In this document: piece by piece, positions 18,152 to 28,233 of the stretch | Numbering within the stretch: position 1 is the stretch's first letter | How the letters are laid out: each line of letters starts with the position of its first letter | NCBI GenBank assembly: GCA_965657195.1 | Contig: CBFHNK010000002.1 | Location: 3,911-67,910 of the forward strand | Direction: 5' to 3' | DNA from: an uncultured Schleiferiaceae bacterium | Lineage (GTDB): Bacteria; Bacteroidota; Bacteroidia; Flavobacteriales; Schleiferiaceae | DNA length: 64,000 nucleotides | Program-made: the position numbers and the translations under genes | The notes under the pieces: generated by a model | Databases searched by the model: none | Told to the model about the DNA's origin: nothing | Seen by the model: the letters and a program-made list of their open reading frames with translations, nothing else

Positions 18152-18742
18152 ATGCGTATTAATACTCTTCTTTGGGTTGCAGGTAGTGCCGTAGCACTGA
18201 CCTCGTGCAACTGGGACAAGTCCACTCCGGGCTACACCTACATGGACGACATGTACCGCAGTCCGTCGCACCAGACGTACGAACCAGGTACGGCAAAAGA
18301 GCCTGTAGAGGGAACTGTTCCCCGCGGCTATGTTCCGTACACGATTCCGAACAGCAACGAAGGTTATGTGGCGTCCCTTGCGAATACCGAAGTTCCGTCA
18401 ATGTACGCAGCCTTAGATGCGGAGTCTGGAAAAGAGCTGTACACCCAGTTTTGCTCGCACTGCCACGGCGAAAAGGGTGACGGCAACGGAATCCTGATGC
18501 AGCGCGAAAAAATCTTGGGCATCCCAGGGTACGGTGCAGATAAGCTTCCAGACATCACTCCCGGAAGCATCTACCACGTCATCATGTACGGTAAGAACAA
18601 CATGGGAAGCCATGCCTCGCAGCTCAACTACGAGGAGCGCTGGAAGATCATCAAGTACGTATGGAAGCTTCGCGAAGACCAAGCTCCCGGCGCAGCGGCT
18701 CCAGCTGCAGACGCATCAGCTACAGCTCAACCTGCTGCCTAA
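18152..18742 (+). CDS. actE: ACIII monohaem cytochrome c lipoprotein ActE
   Basis: Lipobox ALTSC and a single CSHCH motif. Confidence 0.82.
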   Translation: MRINTLLWVAGSAVALTSCNWDKSTPGYTYMDDMYRSPSHQTYEPGTAKEPVEGTVPRGYVPYTIPNSNEGYVASLANTEVPSMYAALDAESGKELYTQFCSHCHGEKGDGNGILMQREKILGIPGYGADKLPDITPGSIYHVIMYGKNNMGSHASQLNYEERWKIIKYVWKLREDQAPGAAAPAADASATAQPAA

Positions 18743-18761
18743 TTTATTAGCCTAAGAAGAC

Positions 18762-20234
18762 ATGTTTGTATTCACTTCAAAAATGAAATTGCTCGCAGGG
18801 TCCCTGACTCTGGTGGGTTTGGTGTTCTTGCTCATCGGCTTTAATACGGACTACTCGTCGCACGCGGCAGAGGGTCATGGGGATGCAGCTGCACACTCAG
18901 AAGGTCACGATGCGGCAGCGCATGCGCCTGCTGCTGCTGAGTCGCACGCTGAAGAAGCGCACGCCGCAGAAGCACATGCCACTGAGGCGCACGCCGCAGA
19001 GGCACACGCCGATGAAGCGCACGCCGCAGAAGCCGTGGTTGCCGACCATGCTGCTGAAGGACACGAGGCTATGGGGCACGAAGCTGAGGGTCATGGAGCT
19101 GCAGGCCACGATGGCCACGGTGCCTCACACGACCTGAGTGCCAACCGTCCATGGGCGGCGTTCTTGGTCAACAGTATCTTCTTCTTGGGTATTGGCATCG
19201 GAACCCTGTTCTTTCTCGCCATTCAGTACGCCGCTCAAGTGGGCTGGTCTGCCGGTTTGATTCGCGTCTTTGAGGCGGTTTCGATGTACGTTGGAATTCC
19301 GATCCTTGGAATCCTATTCTTGGCCGTAACCGGCGGAATGCACATGCACCACTTGTGGCATTGGATGGCTGAAGGCATCATGGATCCCGCAAGCGCCAAC
19401 TACGACCCCATCATCGCGGGTAAGGAGGGCTACTTGAACATGCCGTTCTTCACGATCCGCACAATCGCGTACTTGGTTATTTGGGCGGGCGCCGCGTACC
19501 TGCTTCGCCGCAATAGCCTTCGTGAAGACGCGTTGCCCGCAGGACAGAACTTGTTCTTTACGCAGCGCAAATTGGCAGCTACGTTCATCGTGCTCTACGC
19601 CGTGACCTCGTCTACGAGCGCATGGGACTGGGTGATGTCCATTGATACCCACTGGTTCTCGACTCTCTTTGGTTGGTACACCTTCGCCGGCATGTTTGTA
19701 ACTGCCATGACCGTGCTCAACTTGCTCGTGATGTACTTGCGCATCAACAACCACCTTCCGTGGATCAATGCCAACCACCAGCACGACCTCGGCAAGTTCA
19801 TGTTTGCATTTAGCGTGTTCTGGACGTACCTCTGGTTCAGTCAGTACATGCTCATTTGGTACTCGAACATTCCTGAAGAAGTTACCTACTACTTGCCGCG
19901 CTTTAAGGGCGAGTACAAGCCCTTGTTTGTGGCAATGGTCGCGATGAACTTCATCTTCCCCATTTTGGTGCTGATGTCGCGTGACGCCAAGCGCATCTTT
20001 GGATTCATTGGCCTCGCTGCAGCATTTGTACTTGCAGGTCACTGGCTTGACCACTACATCATGATTATGCCTGGCGCTGTGGGCTACGACTACGGTTTTG
20101 GCTTTGCTGAATTGGGCGGAATCTTGTTTTACTCAGGCCTCTTCTTGTGGGTGACGCTGAGCCAATTGGCCAAAGCTCCGCTCAAGTTGAAGAATCACCC
20201 GATGCTCACCGAAAGCGAGCACTTCCACCAATAA
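18762..20234 (+). CDS. actF: ACIII membrane subunit ActF (NrfD-like) with His/Ala/Glu-rich loop
   Basis: Polytopic membrane protein in the conserved position after actE. A roughly 90-residue His-rich segment follows TM1. Confidence 0.8.
   Translation: MFVFTSKMKLLAGSLTLVGLVFLLIGFNTDYSSHAAEGHGDAAAHSEGHDAAAHAPAAAESHAEEAHAAEAHATEAHAAEAHADEAHAAEAVVADHAAEGHEAMGHEAEGHGAAGHDGHGASHDLSANRPWAAFLVNSIFFLGIGIGTLFFLAIQYAAQVGWSAGLIRVFEAVSMYVGIPILGILFLAVTGGMHMHHLWHWMAEGIMDPASANYDPIIAGKEGYLNMPFFTIRTIAYLVIWAGAAYLLRRNSLREDALPAGQNLFFTQRKLAATFIVLYAVTSSTSAWDWVMSIDTHWFSTLFGWYTFAGMFVTAMTVLNLLVMYLRINNHLPWINANHQHDLGKFMFAFSVFWTYLWFSQYMLIWYSNIPEEVTYYLPRFKGEYKPLFVAMVAMNFIFPILVLMSRDAKRIFGFIGLAAAFVLAGHWLDHYIMIMPGAVGYDYGFGFAELGGILFYSGLFLWVTLSQLAKAPLKLKNHPMLTESEHFHQ
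18954..19028 (+). repeat. in-frame 15-bp tandem repeat x5 encoding (E-A-H-A-x)5 inside actF
   Basis: The five units are GAAGCGCACGCCGCA, GAAGCACATGCCACT, GAGGCGCACGCCGCA, GAGGCACACGCCGAT and GAAGCGCACGCCGCA. Confidence 0.85.
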
Positions 20235-20258
20235 TCGGACGCCCGAAAACAAACGTTT

Positions 20259-21284
20259 ATGTCTGGAACTATGACCCTTATCGTCCTCGTGCTGGCCGTG
20301 CTTACGGCTCTTCAGCTCATCCGCATTTTTGAACTTTCGTCGAAGGCTCGTAAGCGTGCCGAGTATGAGATTACGGACAAAGACAACAACAACCAGGGAT
20401 GGTTGATGCTGTTCTTCGGAATCGGCCTCATGGTCGCCTTCTTTTGGATGCTAGCTACGTGGAGCAAGGTGATGCTTCCGAAGTCCGCATCAGAGCATGG
20501 CAACGACATCGACAACCTGTTCAACATCTCGATGTACGTAATCATGGCCATGTTTGTGGTCGTGCAGCCTATCCTGTTCTACTTCGCGTGGAAGTACCGT
20601 GGCGCTTCAAACCGCAAGGCTACGTACTACGAGCACAACAACCGCTTAGAGTTTATTTGGACAATTGTTCCGGCACTGATTCTTGCAGTATTGATTATTT
20701 ACGGTATGACAACGTGGTCAAAGACGATGAATCCAAAGAACGAGCAAGAGCCGATGGTGATCGAAGTCTATGCGCAGCAGTTTAAGTGGACTGCTCGCTA
20801 TGCGGGGGCCGACAACAAGCTTGGTTTTGCCAACGTTCGCCTGATTAAGGACGCCAACGTACTTGGAGTGGATACCTTGGATGCATTAGCTGCGGACGAC
20901 AAGGTGGCTACTGAAATTCACCTTCCTGTGGGACGTCCGGTGCTCTTTAAGTTCCGTTCACAGGACGTGATTCACTCCGCCTACATGCCGCACTTCCGCG
21001 CCCAGATGAACTGTGTTCCGGGAATGACCACTCAGTTTCAATTTACACCAACGGTGACCACTGCAGAAATGCGCCAGGATGCAGAGGTCGTGGGCAAAGT
21101 GAAGCGAATCAACGACATCCGCACCGCAAAAGGTGAGGAGGCATATGCCTACGACTACATCCTTTTGTGCAACAAGATCTGCGGTTCCGCCCACTACAAC
21201 ATGCAAATGAACATTGTGGTAGAGACCGAAGCAGAATACCAGAAATGGCTTGCTGAACAAAAGACTATTGCTGAATTGTTGTAA
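20259..21284 (+). CDS. coxB: cytochrome c oxidase subunit II (CuA, no fused cytochrome c domain)
   Basis: CuA ligand context HSAYMPHF and CNKICGSAHYNM. Two N-terminal TM helices. Confidence 0.9.
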   Translation: MSGTMTLIVLVLAVLTALQLIRIFELSSKARKRAEYEITDKDNNNQGWLMLFFGIGLMVAFFWMLATWSKVMLPKSASEHGNDIDNLFNISMYVIMAMFVVVQPILFYFAWKYRGASNRKATYYEHNNRLEFIWTIVPALILAVLIIYGMTTWSKTMNPKNEQEPMVIEVYAQQFKWTARYAGADNKLGFANVRLIKDANVLGVDTLDALAADDKVATEIHLPVGRPVLFKFRSQDVIHSAYMPHFRAQMNCVPGMTTQFQFTPTVTTAEMRQDAEVVGKVKRINDIRTAKGEEAYAYDYILLCNKICGSAHYNMQMNIVVETEAEYQKWLAEQKTIAELL

Positions 21285-21305
21285 TACCTGAAACGAACGA
21301 CGAAT

Positions 21306-23096
21306 ATGGCTGACCACGCACACGACCACGCTCACGACGCACACCACGATCACGAGCACCACACCGAGAACTTCTGGACGAAGTACGTATTCTCGATGGA
21401 CCACAAGATGATTGGGAAGCAGTTCCTGATTACCGGTATGTTCATGGGACTCATCGGGGTGTTTATGTCTATGCTCTTTCGCCTTCAGCTTGCATGGCCG
21501 GGTGAGAGCTTCCCGATTCTCGAGACATTCTTGGGTAAGTGGGCTCCCGATGGAGTAATGGATCCCAACATGTACCTCGCCTTGGTGACGATTCACGGAA
21601 CCATCATGGTATTCTTCGTTCTGACCGCAGGCCTCAGTGGTACGTTCTCAAACTTACTTATTCCATTGCAGATTGGTGCCCGCGACATGGCTTCAGGCTT
21701 CCTGAACATGCTTTCGTACTGGTTCTTTGCTGCATCTTCAGTGGTGATGGTTGTTTCACTCTTCGTAGAGACGGGACCTGCTTCGGGTGGATGGACCGTG
21801 TACCCTCCGTTGAGCGCACTTCCTCAGGCTATGCCAGGTTCTGGCGCGGGTATGACCTTATGGCTCGTGTCGATGACGTTGTTCATCGCGGGTTCGCTGC
21901 TTGGTTCACTGAACTACATCGTAACCGTAATCAACCTTCGCACAAAGGGTATGAGCATGACGCGCCTGCCTTTGACGATCTGGGCGTTTTTCGTGACTGC
22001 CATCCTTGGCGTCCTTTCGTTCCCCGTTCTGTTAAGCGCTGCGTTGCTCTTGATGATGGACCGTATGCTCGGAACTTCGTTTTACTTGAGCGACATCATG
22101 GTTGCGGGCGAGTTGCTCGGCAACCAAGGCGGTAGTCCAGTACTCTACGAACACTTGTTCTGGTTCCTTGGCCACCCTGAGGTGTACATCATCCTGCTTC
22201 CGGCACTCGGAATCACATCTGAAGTAATCGCGACCAATTCGCGCAAGCCGATTTTCGGATACCGTGCTATGATTGGTTCAATCCTCGCGATCGCCTTCTT
22301 GTCGTTCATCGTGTGGGGTCACCACATGTTTGTAACGGGCATGAATCCGTTCCTCGGTTCGGTATTTACGTTCACGACGCTGTTGATTGCCATTCCTTCT
22401 GCGGTAAAGGCCTTCAACTACATCACCACGCTGTGGAAGGGTAACATCCAGTTCACCCCCGCGATGCTCTTCTCGATTGCCCTCGTGAGCACATTTGTTG
22501 CCGGTGGTCTGACGGGTATCATTCTGGGTGACTCGGCCTTGGACATCAACGTGCACGACACCTACTTTGTGGTCGCACACTTCCACATTGTAATGGGTCT
22601 GTCGGCCATCTTCGGAATGTTTGCTGGGGTGTACCACTGGTTCCCTAAGATGTACGGCCGCATGATGAACAAGTCAATGGGCTACCTGCACTTCTGGCTC
22701 ACGTTTGTGAGTGCCTACGGGGTGTTCTTCCCAATGCACTTTACCGGCTTGGCTGGTTTGCCACGCCGCTACTACAGCAACGCGGAATTCCCCATCTTTG
22801 ACGAGCTCCAGGACATCAACGTGATCATCACGATGTTTGCCATCGGAGGCGGCATTGCCCAAGTGATCTTCTTTTTCAACTTCTTTTACTCAATGTGGCG
22901 CGGCCCCAAGGCCCCACAGAACCCTTGGAAGTCAAATACCTTGGAGTGGACAACACCTGTGGAGCACATCCACGGCAACTGGCCAGGTGCCTTGCCTGAA
23001 GTGCACCGTTGGGCCTACGACTACAGCAAGCCTGGTCACGACGAGGATTTTGTGGTGCAGACCACTCCGCTGAAGGACGGCGAACAAGCCCACTAA
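21306..23096 (+). CDS. ctaD: cytochrome c oxidase subunit I
   Basis: Contains GHPEVYIILLP, WGHHMF and VVAHFHIVM. The N-terminus is His-rich (MADHAHDHAHDAHHDHEHH). Confidence 0.95.
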   Translation: MADHAHDHAHDAHHDHEHHTENFWTKYVFSMDHKMIGKQFLITGMFMGLIGVFMSMLFRLQLAWPGESFPILETFLGKWAPDGVMDPNMYLALVTIHGTIMVFFVLTAGLSGTFSNLLIPLQIGARDMASGFLNMLSYWFFAASSVVMVVSLFVETGPASGGWTVYPPLSALPQAMPGSGAGMTLWLVSMTLFIAGSLLGSLNYIVTVINLRTKGMSMTRLPLTIWAFFVTAILGVLSFPVLLSAALLLMMDRMLGTSFYLSDIMVAGELLGNQGGSPVLYEHLFWFLGHPEVYIILLPALGITSEVIATNSRKPIFGYRAMIGSILAIAFLSFIVWGHHMFVTGMNPFLGSVFTFTTLLIAIPSAVKAFNYITTLWKGNIQFTPAMLFSIALVSTFVAGGLTGIILGDSALDINVHDTYFVVAHFHIVMGLSAIFGMFAGVYHWFPKMYGRMMNKSMGYLHFWLTFVSAYGVFFPMHFTGLAGLPRRYYSNAEFPIFDELQDINVIITMFAIGGGIAQVIFFFNFFYSMWRGPKAPQNPWKSNTLEWTTPVEHIHGNWPGALPEVHRWAYDYSKPGHDEDFVVQTTPLKDGEQAH

Positions 23097-23114
23097 GCGT
23101 TTATAAGTTCGTTG

Positions 23115-23145
23115 AACGGCCGCCCGGAATCCCCGAGCGGCCGTT
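23115..23145 (+). terminator. hairpin after coxA (terminator-like, weak T tract)
   Basis: AACGGCCGC-13 nt-GCGGCCGTT followed by TACATTTG. It abuts the ruvB -7 box. Confidence 0.35.
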
Positions 23146-23153
23146 TACATTTG
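23146..23153 (+). promoter_or_regulatory. -7 box TACATTTG, 4 nt before the ruvB ATG
   Basis: TACATTTG-TGCT-ATG. Confidence 0.5.
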
Positions 23154-23157
23154 TGCT

Positions 23158-24177
23158 ATGGTGGATTTTCTGCACGACGCCTCCACGGCGGGAATGGACG
23201 ACCGCGAGGCGGAACAGCGGCTAAGGCCGGCGCGCTTTGACGACTTTGCCGGTCAGGCCAAGGTGCTTGAGAACCTCAAGGTTTTTGTTCAGGCGGCGCG
23301 CCAGCGCGAAGAGGCCCTGGACCACGTGCTGCTCCACGGCCCTCCGGGCCTTGGAAAGACCACGTTGGCGCACATTATTGCGGGAGAACTAGGTTCCGCC
23401 CTTAAGCTGACCAGTGGCCCGGTGCTCGACAAGCCGGGAGACCTGGCGGGACTGCTCACGAGCCTCGATGCCCACGATGTGCTCTTTATTGACGAGATTC
23501 ACCGACTGAGTCCCGTGGTTGAGGAGTACCTCTACAGCGCGATGGAGGACTACCAAATCGACATTATGCTCGAATCGGGGCCGGCTGCGCGTTCGGTGCA
23601 GATCCGTTTGAAGCCGTTTACGTTGATTGGTGCCACCACACGCAGTGGTTTGCTGACTTCTCCGCTTCGTGCCCGCTTCGGAATCGCTGCGCGCCTCGAA
23701 TACTACAGCGTCGAACTGCTGTCGACCATTGTGGAGCGTTCTTCAAACATTTTAAATGTCGGAATCGAGTCCGATGCCGCCATCGAAGTTGCCCGACGCA
23801 GCCGCGGAACCCCGCGAATTGCCAATGCGCTCTTGCGTCGCTTGCGCGACTTCGCTCAGGTTCAGGACAAGGCCGTGATTGACCTTGAGGTGGCACGATT
23901 CGGAATGGATGCGCTCGACGTCGATGCCCACGGCCTTGACGAGATGGACAACCGCATCTTGACCACGTTGATCGACAAGTTCCGTGGAGGTCCCGTGGGC
24001 TTGAGTACGCTGGCCACGGCGGTAAGCGAGCAGGCTGAGACCCTCGAAGAGGTCTACGAGCCCTACCTCATTCAAGAGGGCTACCTGGCGCGCACGCCGC
24101 GCGGACGAATGGCGATGGACAAAGCCTACAAGCACCTCGGCCGAACTCCGTCCGGAGGTCCTGATTTGTTTTCATGA
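23158..24177 (+). CDS. ruvB: Holliday junction branch-migration helicase RuvB
   Basis: Walker A motif GPPGLGKTT and Walker B motif [10 protein letters not shown]. Full length. Confidence 0.95.
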   Translation: MVDFLHDASTAGMDDREAEQRLRPARFDDFAGQAKVLENLKVFVQAARQREEALDHVLLHGPPGLGKTTLAHIIAGELGSALKLTSGPVLDKPGDLAGLLTSLDAHDVLFIDEIHRLSPVVEEYLYSAMEDYQIDIMLESGPAARSVQIRLKPFTLIGATTRSGLLTSPLRARFGIAARLEYYSVELLSTIVERSSNILNVGIESDAAIEVARRSRGTPRIANALLRRLRDFAQVQDKAVIDLEVARFGMDALDVDAHGLDEMDNRILTTLIDKFRGGPVGLSTLATAVSEQAETLEEVYEPYLIQEGYLARTPRGRMAMDKAYKHLGRTPSGGPDLFS

Positions 24178-25115
24178 CCCGCACCGAAGCGACGGCGCTG
24201 CTCAAGTCCGAGGCCAAGCGCCTGGGGTTCATTGAGGCGCGTGTGGCGCGAGCGGATTTTTTAGCCCATGAGGCTCCGCGTCTCGAGGAGTGGCTCAAGG
24301 GCGGCATGCACGGCAGCATGCGCTACATGGAGAACCACTTTGACAAGCGCTTGGATCCGCGTAAACTGGTTCCGGGAGCCAAGTCAGTGGTAAGCCTGGC
24401 GTTCAACTACTACCCGGAGCCGTCAGAGCTCGAGGGGGATGACCGCCCGCGCGTGGCGCGCTACGCGTACGGCGAGGACTACCACCGCGTGGTCAAGGAC
24501 CGACTTTTTGAGTTGCTGGACGTGCTGCGTACCGCTGTGGGTGAATTGGACGGGCGTTGCTTCGTCGACAGCGCCCCCGTGATGGAACGGGCATGGGCGG
24601 AGCGCAGTGGCTTGGGCTGGGTAGGCAAGAATTCACTCATTCTGCGCAAGAACACAGGCTCGTACTTCTTTTTGGCCGAGCTGATTTTGGACTATGAATT
24701 TGTCGCGGACCTCCCGGTGGCCGACCACTGCGGAACCTGCACCCGCTGCATCGACGCCTGCCCGACTCAGGCTATTGTGGCGCCCAAGGTGGTTGATAGC
24801 GCCCGATGCATTAGTCATGCGACGATTGAACTGCACGGAGCGCTTCCGCGCGAAATGGCCGACGCCCTACATCCATGGGTGTTTGGTTGCGACATCTGCC
24901 AAGAGGTGTGCCCTTGGAACCGCCATGCGGAGCCCCACCAAGAGCCCTTATTCAACCCCGGAACCTGGATTGAATGGTCGCTCGACGATTGGCGTTCAGC
25001 CAGCCAGTCTGCCTTTGATGAAGCCTTTGGGAAGTCCGCAGCCGCGCGTACCGGGCTGGAGCGTATTCAACGAAATGTCGTCGCTGGGTTTGGATCCAAA
25101 GATCTGCTTACTTGA
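24174..25115 (+). CDS. queG: epoxyqueuosine reductase
   Basis: 4Fe-4S motifs [12 protein letters not shown] and [15 protein letters not shown] overlap with ruvB. Confidence 0.92.
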   Translation: MTRTEATALLKSEAKRLGFIEARVARADFLAHEAPRLEEWLKGGMHGSMRYMENHFDKRLDPRKLVPGAKSVVSLAFNYYPEPSELEGDDRPRVARYAYGEDYHRVVKDRLFELLDVLRTAVGELDGRCFVDSAPVMERAWAERSGLGWVGKNSLILRKNTGSYFFLAELILDYEFVADLPVADHCGTCTRCIDACPTQAIVAPKVVDSARCISHATIELHGALPREMADALHPWVFGCDICQEVCPWNRHAEPHQEPLFNPGTWIEWSLDDWRSASQSAFDEAFGKSAAARTGLERIQRNVVAGFGSKDLLT

Positions 25116-25956
25116 CGTCGATCTGCACGGCCTGAAGGACCCGGTTGGTGCTGCGGTCGTAGGCGAAGGCAATCCAATGCATTTGCTCGGGGTTCCAGCC
25201 TGCATCAAAGGTCGCTGAAACGTCGTAGCTCGCAGTGCTTTGGGCCGTGGTGGTTCCGGCTGCCCAAACTTCTTGACCAAATGGGCCCCAGGGAGCGCTG
25301 CGAAACACGTTGTTGTGGACGTAGTTGGCGTCGCGAGTTTGGTCGGGCATCAACTGTGGAGACACGATACCAGATTCCTTGAGGTAGACGGCAAGTCCAA
25401 TTGCATTGGACTGCGGGGCTTGGGCGCGGAGCTCGACCCGAAGGGTTCCGACCCGAGAAGTAGAGTCGTAGCCACTGTACGCATTGAAAAGCACCTCAGG
25501 GGCCAGCGACAGTTCAGTTGCCGCCAGTGCCGTCCACGAGCTGTAGGTTTTTAAGTGGGCGTTGGTGGGGTAGTCGAGACGATTGACCATTCCCAGCGGC
25601 ATACCCCAGACGGTAAAAAAGCTGGCGAGGTCGTCTCCGTCGTCGGTAGTGAAGTCTGTGGGGTAGTCCGCCGAAACTGCTGTAAAGTTGGCGGGGCCCG
25701 CGTGAATGGCGAGGCCCACTACCTTGGCCGAACCGTAGAGGCTGTCAAGTTGCTTGAGCACTTTGGAGGCCTTCGGGCAGTTCTTGCACTGGTGGCCGGT
25801 AAAGTCTTCAACGAGCACGGCGCGTTCGGTTTGAAGCACGGTGTCGCCGTTGGCTTCGGTGGATCCGCCTCCGTTGGGGTTGCGAAAGGGTTCGTCAATA
25901 TAGTCGCACGACGCGACCGCAGCGAGTGCCAGGGCGGCGAGAAAAAGGTTCCGCAT
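25108..25956 (-). CDS. Omp28-like lipoprotein with thioredoxin-fold CxxC (CKNC)
   Basis: ORF trimmed to MRNLFLAALALAAVASC (lipobox). The core AVLVEDFTGHQCKNCPKAS is paralogous to the N-domain of 28234..30159. TAATG overlap with the upstream barrel gene. Confidence 0.72.
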   Translation of the reverse strand: MRNLFLAALALAAVASCDYIDEPFRNPNGGGSTEANGDTVLQTERAVLVEDFTGHQCKNCPKASKVLKQLDSLYGSAKVVGLAIHAGPANFTAVSADYPTDFTTDDGDDLASFFTVWGMPLGMVNRLDYPTNAHLKTYSSWTALAATELSLAPEVLFNAYSGYDSTSRVGTLRVELRAQAPQSNAIGLAVYLKESGIVSPQLMPDQTRDANYVHNNVFRSAPWGPFGQEVWAAGTTTAQSTASYDVSATFDAGWNPEQMHWIAFAYDRSTNRVLQAVQIDVK

Positions 25957-27644
25957 TAGAATTGAGTCGTTAGCGATAAACTGAGGCCGTTGGACGGCGG
26001 AACCACGCGGCACACCCCACCCACACAGAATATACCTTGCTGCTGGCGGCCGTAGCCAAGCTGCACGCGGGTTGGACCGTCAAAGTGGACCACCGACACG
26101 AGCGGGTAGTGGATGCGGCGCGATTCCGAAGGGTGGCCGTAGTTGTAAATGTTTTGAACCGCGAGCACCCAATGCTCTGAAACGGTCCATTCAGCTAGTG
26201 CCATAGCCAATCCGCCGCGAAATCCTTCGCCACCGGACCACTGGAACTCGGTGCGCAGGGTTTGATGGCGGGGCAGGGCGAACTGCTGTTCCCACACGAC
26301 GGCAGGCACCACCAAGACGCTGTCGCTGTCGGGTGCGCTGAGAATGGCGTAGTCGTTGACCCCGTCGGCGAGCACCGACTTGTTGTACACGAAGCGGTAG
26401 GCGGTAAGCTGGGATTTGTACTTCGAGCTGAACTTGCGGCTGATTCCGAAGTTGACGTCGCGGAAGTACGGGATTTCACCCCACGTCAGTGCGTCGCTCA
26501 CGTAGCCCTGCGTGCCTTTGTCGCCAAAGCTTCCGTCCTCGAGGGGGCGGCGGTCAATGCTCTGCGAGGCTGCGATGCTGAGGGCGAGTTTGGTGCCGTA
26601 CTTGCCTCCGAGTTTGGTTTTTTTCGGAATCAGGTAGTTGACGTCGAACTGGTAGCCCATCTCACCGTTGATTTGGGTCGCATAGGGGTAGAGGGCGGGC
26701 AGCGCGTACGTGTGCAGGTTGCCCGTGGGCGGAATAAAATTCACCAACGCATCAAACTGCTGGGCATTGCGGTCGGACCGAAAGCTGAAGTTGTCAATGC
26801 GCTTGACGGTCCCAAGAACGCCCAAGCCTTTGCGGCTGTAGGTGGCGGTGGCGACAAAGGCTTCGCCGGGCTTGTAGATGTAGCCGTTGTCAAAGTTGGG
26901 GTCGTTGATCTTGTAGGCGTACTCGGCCTTGAGGTCAATTCCGCGGTAGTTCGCTCCGAGGCGATAGGCCCACGAGCCCACGTTGGCCGGCAGGTTCAGC
27001 AAGGGGTCGAATCCCCGCTGGAACTTTGAGACGAAGCTCGCCCCGAGGTTGATGCCGAGCCCCATCTTGTCCAGGGCCGGAACTGCTTCGCGCAGCGCCC
27101 ACTCCGCGTCCGTTCCGCGCAAAATTCCATCGCTGTTGGCAAAGTACACGCGCTGGCGGCCGATCACGCCCTTGAGCGTAAGCCCCTTGGGAAGGCGGGC
27201 GATGATGCGGCTTCCGTCCATCGCGTTGTCAAGGCCCAGGCCGCGCTCTTCGTAGGCGCGAAAGACCAAACCTTGGCCGAACTGCTCAAAAAAGTTGCCC
27301 ACGGTAATGTCAAACTTGCCCTGCTGCCATTGGGCGTAGCGGTAGGTAATGCCCTCGCCACGGTACCCGGTCGGAAACCCAAGAATGGCATTTTGGTAGT
27401 TCTCGTAGCGCAGGCCCATACGAAGGTTTCCGCGCTCGTAGGTAAACAGCGCCCAACCTTGGCCCAGCGCGCGCTCGTCGGGGTAGTAGTCGCCCGCGGG
27501 GTCAAGCACAGAGTCACGCACGTACAGCTGCGCGTCCATTTGAACTACGGCCCGAAGGGTTCCGCCCAAGGCATCAGTCTGCCCCATTTGCGCTGCGGCG
27601 GAACCTGCGGTCGCCAGCGCCACGATCACTGCAATTCGGCGCAT
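25956..27644 (-). CDS. outer-membrane beta-barrel protein of unknown function (562 aa)
   Basis: Signal peptide MRRIAVIVALATAGSAAAQ. It has abundant alternating aromatic/Gly strands and a C-terminal ...LSLSLTTQF typical of an OMP terminal Phe. Confidence 0.7.
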   Translation of the reverse strand: MRRIAVIVALATAGSAAAQMGQTDALGGTLRAVVQMDAQLYVRDSVLDPAGDYYPDERALGQGWALFTYERGNLRMGLRYENYQNAILGFPTGYRGEGITYRYAQWQQGKFDITVGNFFEQFGQGLVFRAYEERGLGLDNAMDGSRIIARLPKGLTLKGVIGRQRVYFANSDGILRGTDAEWALREAVPALDKMGLGINLGASFVSKFQRGFDPLLNLPANVGSWAYRLGANYRGIDLKAEYAYKINDPNFDNGYIYKPGEAFVATATYSRKGLGVLGTVKRIDNFSFRSDRNAQQFDALVNFIPPTGNLHTYALPALYPYATQINGEMGYQFDVNYLIPKKTKLGGKYGTKLALSIAASQSIDRRPLEDGSFGDKGTQGYVSDALTWGEIPYFRDVNFGISRKFSSKYKSQLTAYRFVYNKSVLADGVNDYAILSAPDSDSVLVVPAVVWEQQFALPRHQTLRTEFQWSGGEGFRGGLAMALAEWTVSEHWVLAVQNIYNYGHPSESRRIHYPLVSVVHFDGPTRVQLGYGRQQQGIFCVGGVCRVVPPSNGLSLSLTTQF

Positions 27645-27647
27645 GGC

Positions 27648-28127
27648 TTACTTGAGCTTGCGAACTTCAGCGACGAGCACTTCTTCTTCGCCCGGAACGT
27701 ACTTGTTGGCCTGCCACACCACTTCGCCGGCTCCATTGAGCAAGAAGGTGTGGGGAACGTTGTTAACGCCCATCGCGCGGCGAAGGTCGCTGTTCGGGTC
27801 GAGGACGATCGTGTAGTCCCAGCCTTGGCCGGCGACAAAAGGGCCAACCTTGGGGCTCGTGCGGGAATCGTCGATGCTCACCGCGACCAACGTGACACCC
27901 GTCTCTTCGTGCAGGTCGTCATAATGTTCGGCCATCGCGTTGAGTTCGTTGATGCAGGGTTTGCACCATGTAGCCCAGAAGCTGATAATCATGGGCTTGC
28001 CTTCTTCGCGGAGGCTGCTTAGCTCTGTTTTGCTTCCGTCGAGCTTCAGAACAGATACGTTCGGAATGGACTGTGCAGATATAAGATTGGCCGAAGCCAC
28101 CAATAGGGCGGTGAGCAAGGTTTTCAT
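27648..28127 (-). CDS. periplasmic TlpA/ResA-family thiol:disulfide oxidoreductase
   Basis: ORF trimmed to MKTLLTALLVASANLISAQ (signal peptide). Active site WATWCKPC. Confidence 0.85.
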   Translation of the reverse strand: MKTLLTALLVASANLISAQSIPNVSVLKLDGSKTELSSLREEGKPMIISFWATWCKPCINELNAMAEHYDDLHEETGVTLVAVSIDDSRTSPKVGPFVAGQGWDYTIVLDPNSDLRRAMGVNNVPHTFLLNGAGEVVWQANKYVPGEEEVLVAEVRKLK

Positions 28128-28131
28128 GTGC

Positions 28132-28139
28132 TCAAGGTA
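28132..28139 (-). promoter_or_regulatory. -7-like box TACCTTGA, 4 nt before the ATG at 28127
   Basis: Reverse strand reads TACCTTGA-GCAC-ATG. Confidence 0.35.
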
Positions 28140-28178
28140 CGCCAGGGCGCGGGGCTTGGCCAAGTCCGAAGGACTTAC

Positions 28179-28212
28179 AAAAAAAGCGCCCCGGCCAAAC
28201 GGCCAGGGCGCT
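28179..28212 (-). terminator. intrinsic terminator-like hairpin after the 28234..30159 gene
   Basis: Reverse strand reads GAGCGCCCTGGCC-GTTT-GGCCGGGGCGCT followed by T7. Confidence 0.55.
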
Positions 28213-28233
28213 CCGAATAATTAAGCGAATCGC

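Noticed and set aside
19314-21596. Antisense ORFs 19314..20054(-) and 20958..21596(-) opposite actF, coxB and coxA
   Set aside because: These are shadow ORFs. The sense-strand genes carry diagnostic haem-copper oxidase or ACIII features and hydrophobic TM periodicity.
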